DNA from: Bacillota bacterium | GTDB lineage: Bacteria; Bacillota; Clostridia; Christensenellales; UBA1242 | Length of the DNA: 64,000 bases | Direction: 5' to 3' | NCBI GenBank assembly: GCA_009784375.1 | Contig: WRBV01000001.1 | Location: 177,256 to 241,255 of the forward strand | In this document: piece after piece, positions 37,336 through 49,700 of the stretch | Layout of the letters: every line of letters starts with the position of its first letter | How positions within the stretch are numbered: the stretch's first letter is position 1 | Position numbers and translations under genes: made by a program | The notes under the pieces: generated by a model | Told to the model about the DNA's origin: nothing | Seen by the model: the letters and a program-made list of their open reading frames with translations, nothing else | Database searches by the model: none

Positions 37336-38526
37336 ATGGAAATAAAAAAGGAAAATACCGAACAGACCGATAAAATATGGGACGGAAGTTTCCTTTTTGT
37401 TTGTTGGACTTATTTTATTATCTTGTTGATGTTCGCATCACTTCGTGTCATTTCAGGTCTTGGATGGCTGGACAATCTTGACAGACGAGTGGTCGAAGTA
37501 GGATTTTCAATAGCAAGTCAAATTATAATAATGGCGGCGGTCCCACTTGTTGCAATGTTTATATACAAAAGGCGACTAGAAAAAAAGAAAAATCAAACAA
37601 CATTGACCGATAATAAAAAAACATCTTTATTTGCATCGTTTGGCTTTGATAAACCAAGTGCAAGAACAATCGGTTTTGCGATTTTACTTGGGTTACTTAT
37701 ATACTTTTTCAATATCTTTGTTGCATCATTTTTCAATGGGATTCTTAATATGCTTGGTTTCCGATTTATGATGGGCATGGGTGAAACACCTTTTGGTGGA
37801 GTTTGGGGATTGGTCATAGGTCTTGCTTTGATTGCCGTATTGCCTGGTGTATGTGAAGAGGTTTCTCATCGTGGAATGTTGTTAAAGTCCTTTTCGGCTC
37901 GTATGGGGATTATGCGTGCGATGTTTTGGACAAGTATTATGTTTGGTTTCATGCATCTTAATGTTGTGCAAGTATTCTATGCGGCAATACTTGGATATAT
38001 AATTGCACTAGCAACAGTAGCAACTCGAAGTCTTTGGGTTGGAATAATTATGCACTTTATGAACAACGGAATTGGTACTTATCTTTCACTTGCATACAGA
38101 TACAACTGGTTCGGTGGAGATATGCTTTATCATATGATGAATTTGTTTGCGGGGGCTGGGATAATTTTGTATATAGCATTTGTTGTATTCTTGTATTGGA
38201 GTATTATGCACATAATACATGTGCTTGCAAAAATGGGTTATCAAAAAAATCGGATACGCAGCCTTGCAAATATCATAGCCGAGTATCCAAACATACTTGT
38301 TAAACCAGACGGTGTCATAGCAACATTCGATGAATTCGCAGTCCAGGTCGATCAAAATCTCGAACGCGTATCAAAGTGGCAGAGAACAAAATTCTATCTT
38401 GACCCGATGTCGGCAATGGTACGAAAGCCAATGAAATTGACGGTAAAAGAAAAAACAATATTTTATGGAATAATTTTTATGGGTGCGCTATTGACCATAT
38501 TCACCGCAGTATGGGGATTCCTTTAA
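37336..38526 (+). CDS. CPBP intramembrane metalloprotease (second copy)
   Basis: EEVSHRG, FGFMH and HFMNN; AGGAGA RBS. Confidence 0.9.
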   Translation: MEIKKENTEQTDKIWDGSFLFVCWTYFIILLMFASLRVISGLGWLDNLDRRVVEVGFSIASQIIIMAAVPLVAMFIYKRRLEKKKNQTTLTDNKKTSLFASFGFDKPSARTIGFAILLGLLIYFFNIFVASFFNGILNMLGFRFMMGMGETPFGGVWGLVIGLALIAVLPGVCEEVSHRGMLLKSFSARMGIMRAMFWTSIMFGFMHLNVVQVFYAAILGYIIALATVATRSLWVGIIMHFMNNGIGTYLSLAYRYNWFGGDMLYHMMNLFAGAGIILYIAFVVFLYWSIMHIIHVLAKMGYQKNRIRSLANIIAEYPNILVKPDGVIATFDEFAVQVDQNLERVSKWQRTKFYLDPMSAMVRKPMKLTVKEKTIFYGIIFMGALLTIFTAVWGFL

Positions 38527-38541
38527 TCAAGAAATGAAAAC

Positions 38542-39000
38542 GTGAATGATAAACAAAAGGAGAAGTGGGCTGTGATTGAATTTCTTGAAATTGCATATAA
38601 ACAAGCCGAACGTGCCTTTAAACAAGGCGAAGTGCCAATTGGGGCTGTGGTTGTGCAAAATGGCAAAGTGATATCAAAAGCATATAACAAGCGTGAAAGG
38701 ACACAAAACGCATTAAACCACGCAGAAGTCATTGCAATAAACAAAGCATGTAAAAAGTTAAAGAGCTGGCGTCTTGATGATTGTATTCTATACGTAACTT
38801 TGCAGCCTTGTGTAATGTGTTCGGGGGCAATATTAAATTCACGAATTAAAAAGGTCATAATTGGCGCAAGGTCAGACCGAACCAATGATATAGAAATATT
38901 TCAGGACAATAATCTTAATCATAAAACCGAAGTTGAATTTATCGATTGTGATAAATGCTCGGAAATTCTGAAAAAATTCTTTGCAAGTAAAAGAAGTTAA
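38542..39000 (+). CDS. tadA: tRNA adenosine deaminase
   Basis: EVPIGAVVV, HAE and PCVMC. Confidence 0.9.
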   Translation: MNDKQKEKWAVIEFLEIAYKQAERAFKQGEVPIGAVVVQNGKVISKAYNKRERTQNALNHAEVIAINKACKKLKSWRLDDCILYVTLQPCVMCSGAILNSRIKKVIIGARSDRTNDIEIFQDNNLNHKTEVEFIDCDKCSEILKKFFASKRS

Positions 39001-39039
39001 TTTCGTTTTAATTTTTGGACTTTTAATTTATACTAGGGT

Positions 39040-40659
39040 ATGAGCAGAGCGGCGAGGACGGTCTCGGCATATGTGGCGGGTGCGATACTCGGCATTTTCC
39101 TTGTTGTGTTTGGGATATTTGCGCTTATATTTTGGTTTCCACGTGACCTTACATTCCTTGGGATGGGTAACGTTAATCAAAGAGAAAGTTTTACGCGATA
39201 TGGTTGTGCTGATGTTCGAGAAGTCTTGGACAGCAGGAATATAATAGTCAACTCGTCACGTACCGATATAATGATCAGAGCAACTAACCCAGGTCAAGCA
39301 GACGAAGGTACAATAGTTATATACGAAGATGCAAGGGGAATCACCTTTAACGGTAACCACAGAACTCATATTTCTTGGACGCAAACACTTACGCCCGAGA
39401 GAGAAGTGTTTTATCAAATAAACGTACATGAACCATCAGGTATGGTACAAAGGCGTGCACTTGTAACGATTAACATCATAAGTGATGGTTCGGCACCGTT
39501 GCCTTTTAATTTTATATTTAACACAGGCACGGCTAATGTAACGTTTGCGGGTGATTCGCCTGCCGACTTTTTACTTGTCGAAAGTGTAGTAATTAATCCA
39601 GGCTCGGTTGGAATATTCACTTTCCCACAGCCTGCGAACCCTTCAATTGGAAGAAACTTCGAGATGGAATTACAAAACCTTGTTGTTCATGCATCTCCCG
39701 CGACTGTACGTGCACCAGACGGAGTTACCCAGAGCGTTATAATACATGGAAACCATGGGAACTATACATTTGGTGAAGTGGGAACACTTTATGTGCCAAA
39801 CAGCACAAGTGTAAATATAACAACAAGAGAAATCCACGGCAGCGTACATATCAATTCACGTGGTGGGACTATGAATTTGGGTATCGTGAACAGTAGCGTG
39901 ACAATGACCGCCACAACAGGTCGGTTAAACGCATCCCGAATATCTGGTAATGTGGACTTTACAACAACTTCGACAGGTAGTGTAAACGTTACAGAGATAA
40001 TAGGAACCTTGGACGTAGAAACAAATGCAGGAAGCGTAAATGTAAGGTCTGTTCACGGAAATGTGAATATCAACAGCAGGCGTGCGCCAATTCATCTTGG
40101 TACTGGAACAGGTTCAAGCCCAGTCCCAGGAATGCGAGGCAATGTGACTATTAATAACACATATGGTGTGACAAACGTTTATTTTATGAACGGTATCATA
40201 GGGGCCCCAAGTCTTGATTTTGTTGGTTTTGATGGAAATATCAACGCAAGGAATATCGTTGGACGAACTAACATTCTTATCGAAAGTGGCGGTCGTGCCC
40301 AAGTATCGGCAGGCTTCAGGCGAGTCCAAGGAAATCAAAATGAGATTAGATATATAGGAAGTACAGACCCACGCTCGAACTTTGGTAATGTCCGAGTAAT
40401 ATTGCAAGGTCCTCTTAACGCAAACCCAGCATTTAACGCATTTAATTTTAATGTTTCTGATTCGCGAAGTGCGCGTGACTTTACTGGATGGTTTGTGCCA
40501 GGAAGACCAAACCCTCCATCTAATGCAACACAACATGGTGTAGAAATTCCTAATATAAATGCTCCTGGCGGTGCGCCTTGGCCTGTTATGGGCGGTTCGG
40601 GTGCAAATGTATTAAATGTATTTACGACTAACGTTGTTCGTTTGGAATGGGGACGATAA
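39040..40659 (+). CDS. Membrane-anchored surface protein with a DUF4097-like beta-solenoid
   Basis: N-terminal TM; repeats GSVHINSRGG / GNVDFTTTSTGSV / GTLDVETNAGSV. No lysine seen. Confidence 0.75.
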   Translation: MSRAARTVSAYVAGAILGIFLVVFGIFALIFWFPRDLTFLGMGNVNQRESFTRYGCADVREVLDSRNIIVNSSRTDIMIRATNPGQADEGTIVIYEDARGITFNGNHRTHISWTQTLTPEREVFYQINVHEPSGMVQRRALVTINIISDGSAPLPFNFIFNTGTANVTFAGDSPADFLLVESVVINPGSVGIFTFPQPANPSIGRNFEMELQNLVVHASPATVRAPDGVTQSVIIHGNHGNYTFGEVGTLYVPNSTSVNITTREIHGSVHINSRGGTMNLGIVNSSVTMTATTGRLNASRISGNVDFTTTSTGSVNVTEIIGTLDVETNAGSVNVRSVHGNVNINSRRAPIHLGTGTGSSPVPGMRGNVTINNTYGVTNVYFMNGIIGAPSLDFVGFDGNINARNIVGRTNILIESGGRAQVSAGFRRVQGNQNEIRYIGSTDPRSNFGNVRVILQGPLNANPAFNAFNFNVSDSRSARDFTGWFVPGRPNPPSNATQHGVEIPNINAPGGAPWPVMGGSGANVLNVFTTNVVRLEWGR

Positions 40660-40755
40660 AAACCTTGTTATTTTGTTTGCTTACTGCTAATAAAAAATAT
40701 ATAATTTAAGTAAACTATAATCGGGTGAATTAGGTTCTTTTAATCATCCGTTGGT

Positions 40756-43700
40756 TTGGGGGACAAAAGAAATTTGAGCAAAAGAAATAAAATAATCCTC
40801 GGAGCAATGGTGGGACTTGTACTCATAGGTGTCCTTGCCATTATTTTGTCGACCACGGGCGGTGGTAATGCCGCACAAATGCGAATTAGTGCAAACACAA
40901 CAAATGTCAATATAACAATGCAGATGTCGGTCCAAAACAATCAAATAGTCCCACCAGCAATAGCACAAAGATTCCAGGATGTTATCGTTACAGTATCACG
41001 TGCGCCAAGTGAAATAGGAAGTGGTGTACATGCATATTCGCTTGACCAAAATGTTGCAACGGCATGGGTAGAAGCCCGAAGCGGGGATAGAAACTGGGTT
41101 CGTATTGTCGGTCAAGGTGCAGGTCAAACAAGAATACGTGTTATGAGCCACGGTGGGCAAAGAACAATGTACATAAATGTTCGTGTTGATGTGCCTGCCC
41201 AAGACTTTGTTGTTCGTGACCCAAGGTTTGGGGTTATACATAATCAGATTGCGCCAAATTCTATCGAATTTGTCGAGAGCGATTTTAATTTCTTTGCAAC
41301 AACTAATCATAACTTTGATGTAGCAACAAGCATCAATACAATCGACTTTTCATTTGCCCCAGGTACAGAAACCCACGGCACCCGTATAGATGGAAACCGA
41401 TTTATTGTATATCCTGGATCAACAATCGGAGTTGTCCAAGTACGTGCAACATTGCGACGTAATACGGCAATAACGCGTGACTTCCCAGTCCACATATTCC
41501 CATCAACTTCATTTGGTGATTTGGGTCTTCGTGATATGACAGGGTCCCAGATTTCAAATTCGGGTCTTGTAATTGCACCACTTGTTCTTAACAATACGCT
41601 TGCTGCTCCTAATTTTATTGATTATGATTTGACCATAGCAAACATACCAATCTCGAACACAAGAAATATTGCATATGGTAACCTTACATACAGGTACCAG
41701 TTAATTAATCATAATGAAAATATAACTTATGTTTTGGAAGAGACGCCTGACCAATTTCGAGTAATGGGGAAGACACCTGGACATACGTATGTAGATGTAA
41801 TGGTTTTCCCAGTATTACAAGTCGGGGCAAATACAATCTTTTTTAACAGAACACAAGATTCTCATCTTCAAAGAACGCGAAGAATAAGGGTTGAAGTCCG
41901 TAATACATTCCGTGATGATCAATTAAGATTTACCGAAGATAATGACATCAACAATGAGTTCGATGATATATATGCATTCTTTGCAATTGGACGTAATGAC
42001 AGATTTAATTTCAATGTTACAATGACAGATGATGTTATGGTCAACAATACACCATCACATCCTTTGAATAACAGAGTTACATTTGATATTATTAATTCGC
42101 CAATACCTGTTCCTTCGACACAGATTGGTACGTTTTTTAATATTACATATTCACCTACTGCGGCACGTGAGCCTAATGCAACTACTACAATGATTTCGCC
42201 GCATTTTACCAATGGTGTGCCATATAATTCATACTTCTCGATTTCCTTTGTTTCTAACCCAGGCTTTGCAGGCGGTGATCCAAGTATAATTAGCCAGTTT
42301 ATGGCGGCATCAAGTGATTTAATCCCAGAACAAGACCGATTAATGCTTGAAGTACGAAGTATTGCAATGCGTGCAGATGGTGAAACTCCACTTGCATCAA
42401 AGCGAATACCTTTGCGGGTTATACGCTCGGTCACCGAGATGCATGCCGAGAACTCAGCGGGAGACATAATAACAACATTGTTCCCAGTACGTAACGGAGT
42501 ATCAAATCCATTTGATTTCTATGTTGCGACCGACCTTGGTGATGATGCGGTGGCAAATCGTTTTTCATGGACATTATCACAAAATGCACGAACACCATAC
42601 GGTGAATTATTCAACATAACTCGTGAACCAGCGACAGTCGGGGGAAGACTTGGTTTTTCAATTGCGGTGAATCCAACCATTGCCGATGACGTGCGAATTG
42701 GTGTGGAGTATTACATAGATATAAGATATATAAGTGGTTACACAATTCGATTGCCTATACTTGTTCAAGAAAGACTTGAATCCTATACGTATGATGTCAT
42801 TGGTCTAAGTGGTAATGCACAAATTTTCGAACCGCGCAATACTACACGATTGTCTGGCGGTGTTAATTTGTTCTTGCGAATTGATGGAACATATTCATTA
42901 AATATTAATGCAATGCCAACACATGCAAGTGTATTCGCATCAATGATTCCATCAAGCACAAGCATTATTGTTTGCAATACAACATTTACTTTCCGACCAA
43001 CAGAGGAAGGTCAATTCACAATTAATGTTTCACTTGGTTCTGTTAACCCAGACGTTTTAATTGGAATTGATCGAGACTTTGTAATTAATATCACGGTAAT
43101 TAATCCGATTATGCGGGCTGATTTTTCTCATAATTGGGAAAGAATTTATTCGGTCAATACATTGTCACATTTCGCAAGTCCTTTGGTAGAGGGAAGTTTC
43201 CTTGATTTCACACTTGACTTTGAATTTGCTGGTGGAGGAAACACAAGCTCGACTATTAATATCACTACAAGTTATACAAGCCCAAATATAAGGTTAGAAC
43301 AACTTGGATGGAATTCGTTCCGAGTACATGGACTATGGGATACGGGTGAAGATATTTTCGATACAATATCATTCGAAATTGAACAAACATTCCATGGTTA
43401 CACAAGGTCGTTTACATTCGGAAGCCCACGTGTATTTCATCTTAACGTCCGAGAAGTTGAAATGATTCAAAGCATTCACCTTCGTAACGTTGGTGAAACA
43501 TTGAACATGACGCTTAACGCACAGGGTACTCAATCTATGACTGTGCTTACAACACCATATCCTATCGAAGGTGTGCATAATCTTGATATTGGATTTGCGT
43601 TCTTGGTTGGTGGAACTATATTCAATCCAAACGGTACACTTATCCAAAATATCCCTGGTATCGTTTCTGTGAACAATGCTGGTCAAATCACAGCAATACA

Positions 43701-46700
43701 CAGTAACGTCGGCGTACATCAACATGATGTAAGGTTAGTGGTCTTTGCATTCGACAGCATCCGTCGTGATGGTGGCGGAAATCTTGTATTTAATCCAATA
43801 GAACTTGTGCATGTTCCTGTTAATGTGTACATATTTAATCCACATGATGGTGATGGACAATTCTTGATTGAAACACGTGAACAATTCCTTACACATTTTG
43901 GTTTTGTCGCGGCTACTGGTGTCCCGAATTCTATTCGTGGGCGAATTCAAACAATTGGTGTACAGAATTTCCTTTACTATGAAAGGGCACAAAGAAACCA
44001 AGCGGCTGACATAGTTACTGGGTACTTCCGACTTGCTGCAGACATTGACTTTTCGGGAATTTTGCTTGAACCAATTTCTCATTTCAATGGAACATTAACA
44101 GGTGTCCGTACAGCCGAAATCAGAGGCGGAGCCGAAGAACAAGAATCAAAATGGCAATTACAAAACATGTCGTTCAGAACAAGAACGGGTGTTAATGCTT
44201 GGACTCAATGGTCTACCGCGGTGGGTGCGGGTGGAACCGAAAATGTTGGTTTGTTTGGCACGATTGGAACAAACGGATTGGTACAAGGAATTTCGTTTAC
44301 AAATGCACACTTGCATGTAAATTTTAACAGAATGTCACTTCCTGCGACATTCCATAATAGAAACATCAACGTAGGTATGCTTGCAGGGATTAACAATGGT
44401 ATTGTGAGTGATATTTCGGTTCACTTTGAAAATGCTAACTATATTGCGACTGGGTTTGAAAGATTAAACATTGGTGCGGTAGTTGGTCTTAATAACAATA
44501 TAATACGTGAAGAAAATCGAATGCGAACAACTGGTCTTATACGTGTTGGTTTTGCACCAAATGACCAACACTTTGCTGTTAATAGAAGAGTCACAAATAT
44601 AAACGCAGGTGGTGTTGCTGGACGTAACTCGCTTAATGGAACTATATCTGGGCGTAATGCGGGCGGAATATTACAAGACAACATAGAAGTTGTCAGCCAG
44701 GTAACATTACTCATCGTCGACCAAGAAAACGTTGTTACCGATGAAATGGATAAAAACGTCGGTGGTATCGTCGGGCGTAACGATGGGATAGTAAGAGAAA
44801 TTTCAGCAGAAGCGGTAATCTTCAGCGCAGCTCGCGGTAATGCGGGTGGTCTTGTTGGTTTTAACACAGGTCTTCTTGAAAACAGCTATACAACAAGTGC
44901 AATATACGCCCGTGGCGCATTAGGTGGTATTGCAGGTCGCAACACAGGAATAATTCAAAATACATATTTTGATATGTATATCAACACAACAATCGGAAGA
45001 AATATTCAACCATTGCTTCGTACTCATGTCCCAGCAGCAATAAGAGAACAAAACCCAGGCTGGGATCAATTCTATGCTGGTCTTATTGTTGGACGTGACG
45101 CAAATACAACAGTCGTCGAGGCAAATCCAACAATAGTTGGTGGAGTTGTCGGACGTAACAGCGGAAACGTATTTAACAGCTTTGCGTCAAGTATCTTCAC
45201 ACGTGATACAACACATGTGTTTACACAACATCCAACAATTCATGCACTTGAATACAGAGGAGACATCTATATCCATGGTGCACAAAATGTCATAGTTGGT
45301 GGGGTAATCGGAAGGCAAGAGGGCGGTAATGGACACAACCAGGTCGAGGGAGTCTATTCAAATCTTTTGATAAACTATAACTCTAGCGGTGTTCGTGGTG
45401 CTCCAATCATTGGTGGAGTTATCGGTGAAATAAGGCATGATGCAAATGCAACAATAATTGCAGCATACTCGTACAATCAATATCGTATAAACGCACATGC
45501 ACAAGAATTTACTGGGCTTGCAAATACTCAACTTGCCATTGCGGGTGTGGTTGGGCGTAACAACAATCTTTTAAATGTAAATGACGTTCAATTTATTTTG
45601 ACTTATGCTGTGCTTGAAACATCTCAGGTAGAATGGATAGGATTACCAACAGGTGCTGCAAGAATTTTCCCAATCACAGGAATAAATCTTGGAAGCGTTC
45701 TTAATGTTGGAACTGTGTTGACTGGTGCAAGTACTATGAGAAATATTAATCTTGCAACATGGACAGATTCTGGACATGCTGCGGTTGATTATTTTATTAA
45801 CTTTTCTAATGCGGATATTTATGACTTGACTGGGCTTACATCTCTTGAATTTGAGTCTCGTGTAGGGTTTGGTTTTCCAATGGTAAGAATGTCATTCGAA
45901 CCAACCGATTACCAGTTCGAACTTCCATTATTTATCGCAACACCAACGGCAATTGTTCTTCAGCTTCACAGTCAAGCGGCTCTGTCGGCACGCTTCGGTG
46001 CCCAGCTTAATAACCGTGGTGAATTCAACTATGTTGTTATTGCCGATAATAACCCAGTAACTGGGACACAGAGTGCTGCATTGTTTTATTCAAGTGGTGG
46101 CACAAGATCAGGTCCAGTAGACGTTGCAAACCGTTATTTCTTGGACGACCTTTTCACACAAAGGGTAAGCCCATCAATCGCAAGTCGTCGTATGGAAATT
46201 ACAATCACCGATGAAAATGTTGCTTGGCTTGGACGTGATACAAGCACAGGTGAGCCAAGATTCTTTATCCAGTTGACTGGAGTTCTTGGAAGCTTTGAAA
46301 TTCATGCAACAAGCACGCGACATGAAGAAGGATTGGCAATAGTTGGAAAAGTAAGATTTGACGTAGTCCCAGCAATCGCAACACAGACATTGACACGTGA
46401 TGCTATCTCAACACTTGCAAGACAAAGTCTTTTAACAAATGACCGTAATAACTTTAATCACGGTCTAAGTGTTCAACGTGGTACAACAATATCACTTCGC
46501 GGTGCAATTTTGCCGAATCCGAACGGATGGGAAATCATAAGCCACAAAACATATGCATTTGATGGTGTATTTATAATGAATTATTCAAACGGTGCGCCAA
46601 TATTAATGAACCGTGTTGAAGAAGATGGATTTAATTTCCATTTTATACCAAGAATGCAAGTGGGAGATATGGTTTACCTTCTTGGTTCATTGGAAATTGT

Positions 46701-49700
46701 TCTTAATATTGATGTTTATGATGGGGCGATATATCTTGACTTCAGACAAGACCAGGTAACATTCGATGGTTCAAACGCAGCGATATACAGCGGAGTATTC
46801 ATAACAGATATCACACCAACAGCGTTTAATGTTATGAACTTGACAACATTAACCGAGGAACAGCGAATTGAAATATTTACAACATTAACTCGCTTTAATT
46901 TTTTCACAGAAGATAATTATCATACATTGTTCACAGATGGAAATATCACAAGAATTCATATAACCGACCAAGGTCGAAGTTTCTTTCTTGTCTTTGAATT
47001 GTTTGTCGAGCCTGTTATCGCACTTGCAAATGGATATTTCGAATATCGTTTTAACATTAACCTGTCGATTGAAATAGATATGCGTGCATACACAGATATC
47101 CCAGGCGGAAACTTGTTCGAAACACCAGGGGCAATGCCAATTGGATTGTTCGGAAGAATTGACGTTATCGAGCAAAACCTTGATGGTCGTGTAAGAAATC
47201 TTTTACGTGATTCAGCCAACGTTGACATCATTCCACAGGTACTCGAGACAATAACTATTCAACATTATACAAGTACAACCCGAGCTGGTCTTCCAATTTA
47301 TCAAATGCGTGTGACCGACATGGAAAATCAAAACTGGAACGTGTTCACAGACATAGACCCAGTAGGAAGTTTATTAAAAGTTTATGCACATCCATTCTTT
47401 TCAAATATTGAAAGCTTTTCATTAGAATCATCAAGAGTAGAGCAGGTGATTGGACAAAGACCAACTGGTCAAGGAAACGAGACCGAGGACATTATTCGTG
47501 AATGGGAAATCCAATTTACACAAATGGTTTTTGACCCAATAAACGAGGTCTTTACAAACTATGGTGTTGTATCAGGTGTGTCTGGCGGTGAAATTCACCA
47601 GGTATCAACATATCGTGTACTTGCCGATGGAACACGTGTGTTTACTTGGGATGGTGTATATTACATTCAAACAAGGCTTGTAGTTATCCAAGACGATTAT
47701 ATCAACGACATTCCTGTAACTCCACTTGCCCCAGGTGAATTTTTCACAATATCATTGAACTTTGAATCTGTGAACGGTGCAGCTATAAATGATAGCTTTA
47801 GGCTTGGCGTTGTTCGCAGACCAGGTCTTATGTTCACGTATGATGGACAAAATACTCGTGAAGCGGTTCAAGCAATTGGAACAACACATAATCTTACGGC
47901 AACTGTGGTAGGTGATGTTGAAATCGGAGATATCACAACAACAGACATAAGACAAAGATGGCAAGATGCAATATCGATAAGCGCAAATCATCCAACGGCA
48001 TCGGTCGATTCAAATGACATTTCAATTAATGTTACAAGTGCAACAGCAACAGGAGCGGTGATTTCAATTGAAATTGGACCGACGGTTCCAGAAGGCACAA
48101 ATATTATGTTGGAGATTATTGGGATATTGTTTGAAGGAGGCGACAGACTTCAATTACCAGACCCTATATTCAATTTAACAGCGGTATTATTCCGTGTACT
48201 TGACTTCCGTGTTGACGGTGTAATGGGTAACACAATTCGACTTCGTAACAATAACCAACAACAAATGCATCTTAGAGCAGTCGTCGACAGATACACAGGT
48301 CCAACATTAGAATTGCAACAAAGAATTGACACAGCAATCACAGCACTTGAAAATCAAATCAACACAACCGAGCTTGTGACATGGACGGGATGGAATAACA
48401 ACCGCGGTTGGATACTTAACCGAAGCGAGTGGAACCAAGAAACCGAATTTTATTACAGCGAAGTGGGTCCAGGCGGGGAAGACCGTAACGAGTTAAACTT
48501 CTTCCTTGGAAGAGGTGCAACAAGTAATATAAAGTTCATATCTGCATCAACTCCATCTGCAAGAACAACATCTTTGGAAGTCCGAATGTACTATGAAATA
48601 GTCGGAGGTCGTTACAGCGTCCGAAGTGGTGGAACATTCAACCCAATATCAACAACATTCAGCATAGTCTCGATTCGTCAAAGCCCCGAAGATAATCCAT
48701 ACCAGATTTGGACCGAGTCGGACCTTATTGCTGCACTTGAAGATTCAGACAGCGCAAATGGTCACTTTATATTAATGGCGGACATAACACTTGGAAGTAC
48801 TGGAGTTGGTTGGCTTCCACGACCAATAAACTTTAATCTTGACGGTAATAACAAGAGGTTGACACTTTCACGTATTGCACAACAGACAGACGCAGCGACG
48901 GTGAACATAGGTCTATTTACAACTATTGCACAAAATCAAGTTATAAAAAATCTTAACATCGTTCCTGGCACACTTGGTGCGCGTGATCACAGTATACTTA
49001 CAGTAAATTTGGGCGAACACCGTAATAACATTATCGCAAACATAGGTGTTCTTGCTGGGATTAATAACGGAATTGTTACAAACGTCGCAATTTTGCCAGC
49101 CGCTCAATTTTATAATAATGACGGAACTCCACATCTTCGCCATGGTCACCAAGTTGCAAGTTTTGGAACAACACAAAACCCACACAGTACATTTGACATC
49201 GACAATGACCGCGCAAGGGCAAGGTTGCACATTATTACTAATAGAACTGAATCCCATCTTCGGGTAGGTGGATTGGTCGGTCAAAACAGCAGCAATGGTG
49301 TAATATCAAATAGTCGTGTTCTTGTTGATATCGAGGCGACTCTTCCTCAGCTAGAGCATGATTTACCAGGTAACTTTGCAGCACGTACAGCATATATCGC
49401 AGGATTCGTCGGAGAAAACAGCGGTTACATAGTCTCAAGCTTTTATCGTGATGGAAATGTTAACAACAGGATTCGACCTAACCAAGGTGGTGGTGCGGGA
49501 ATCGATAGATTTTCAAGAACAGCGGGTTTCGTAGGATTGAACCGTGGAATTGTTCGTGGCAACTATGTTCAAGGTGCAACAAATACAATCGATCAAGCAG
49601 ATGGAGGTGTCCGTCGAGGTGCAATCTTAAGTAATTATAACGTTACTGGGTTTGTGTATGTTAACATAGGAACAATTCAAGATGCATTTGTAAACATTAC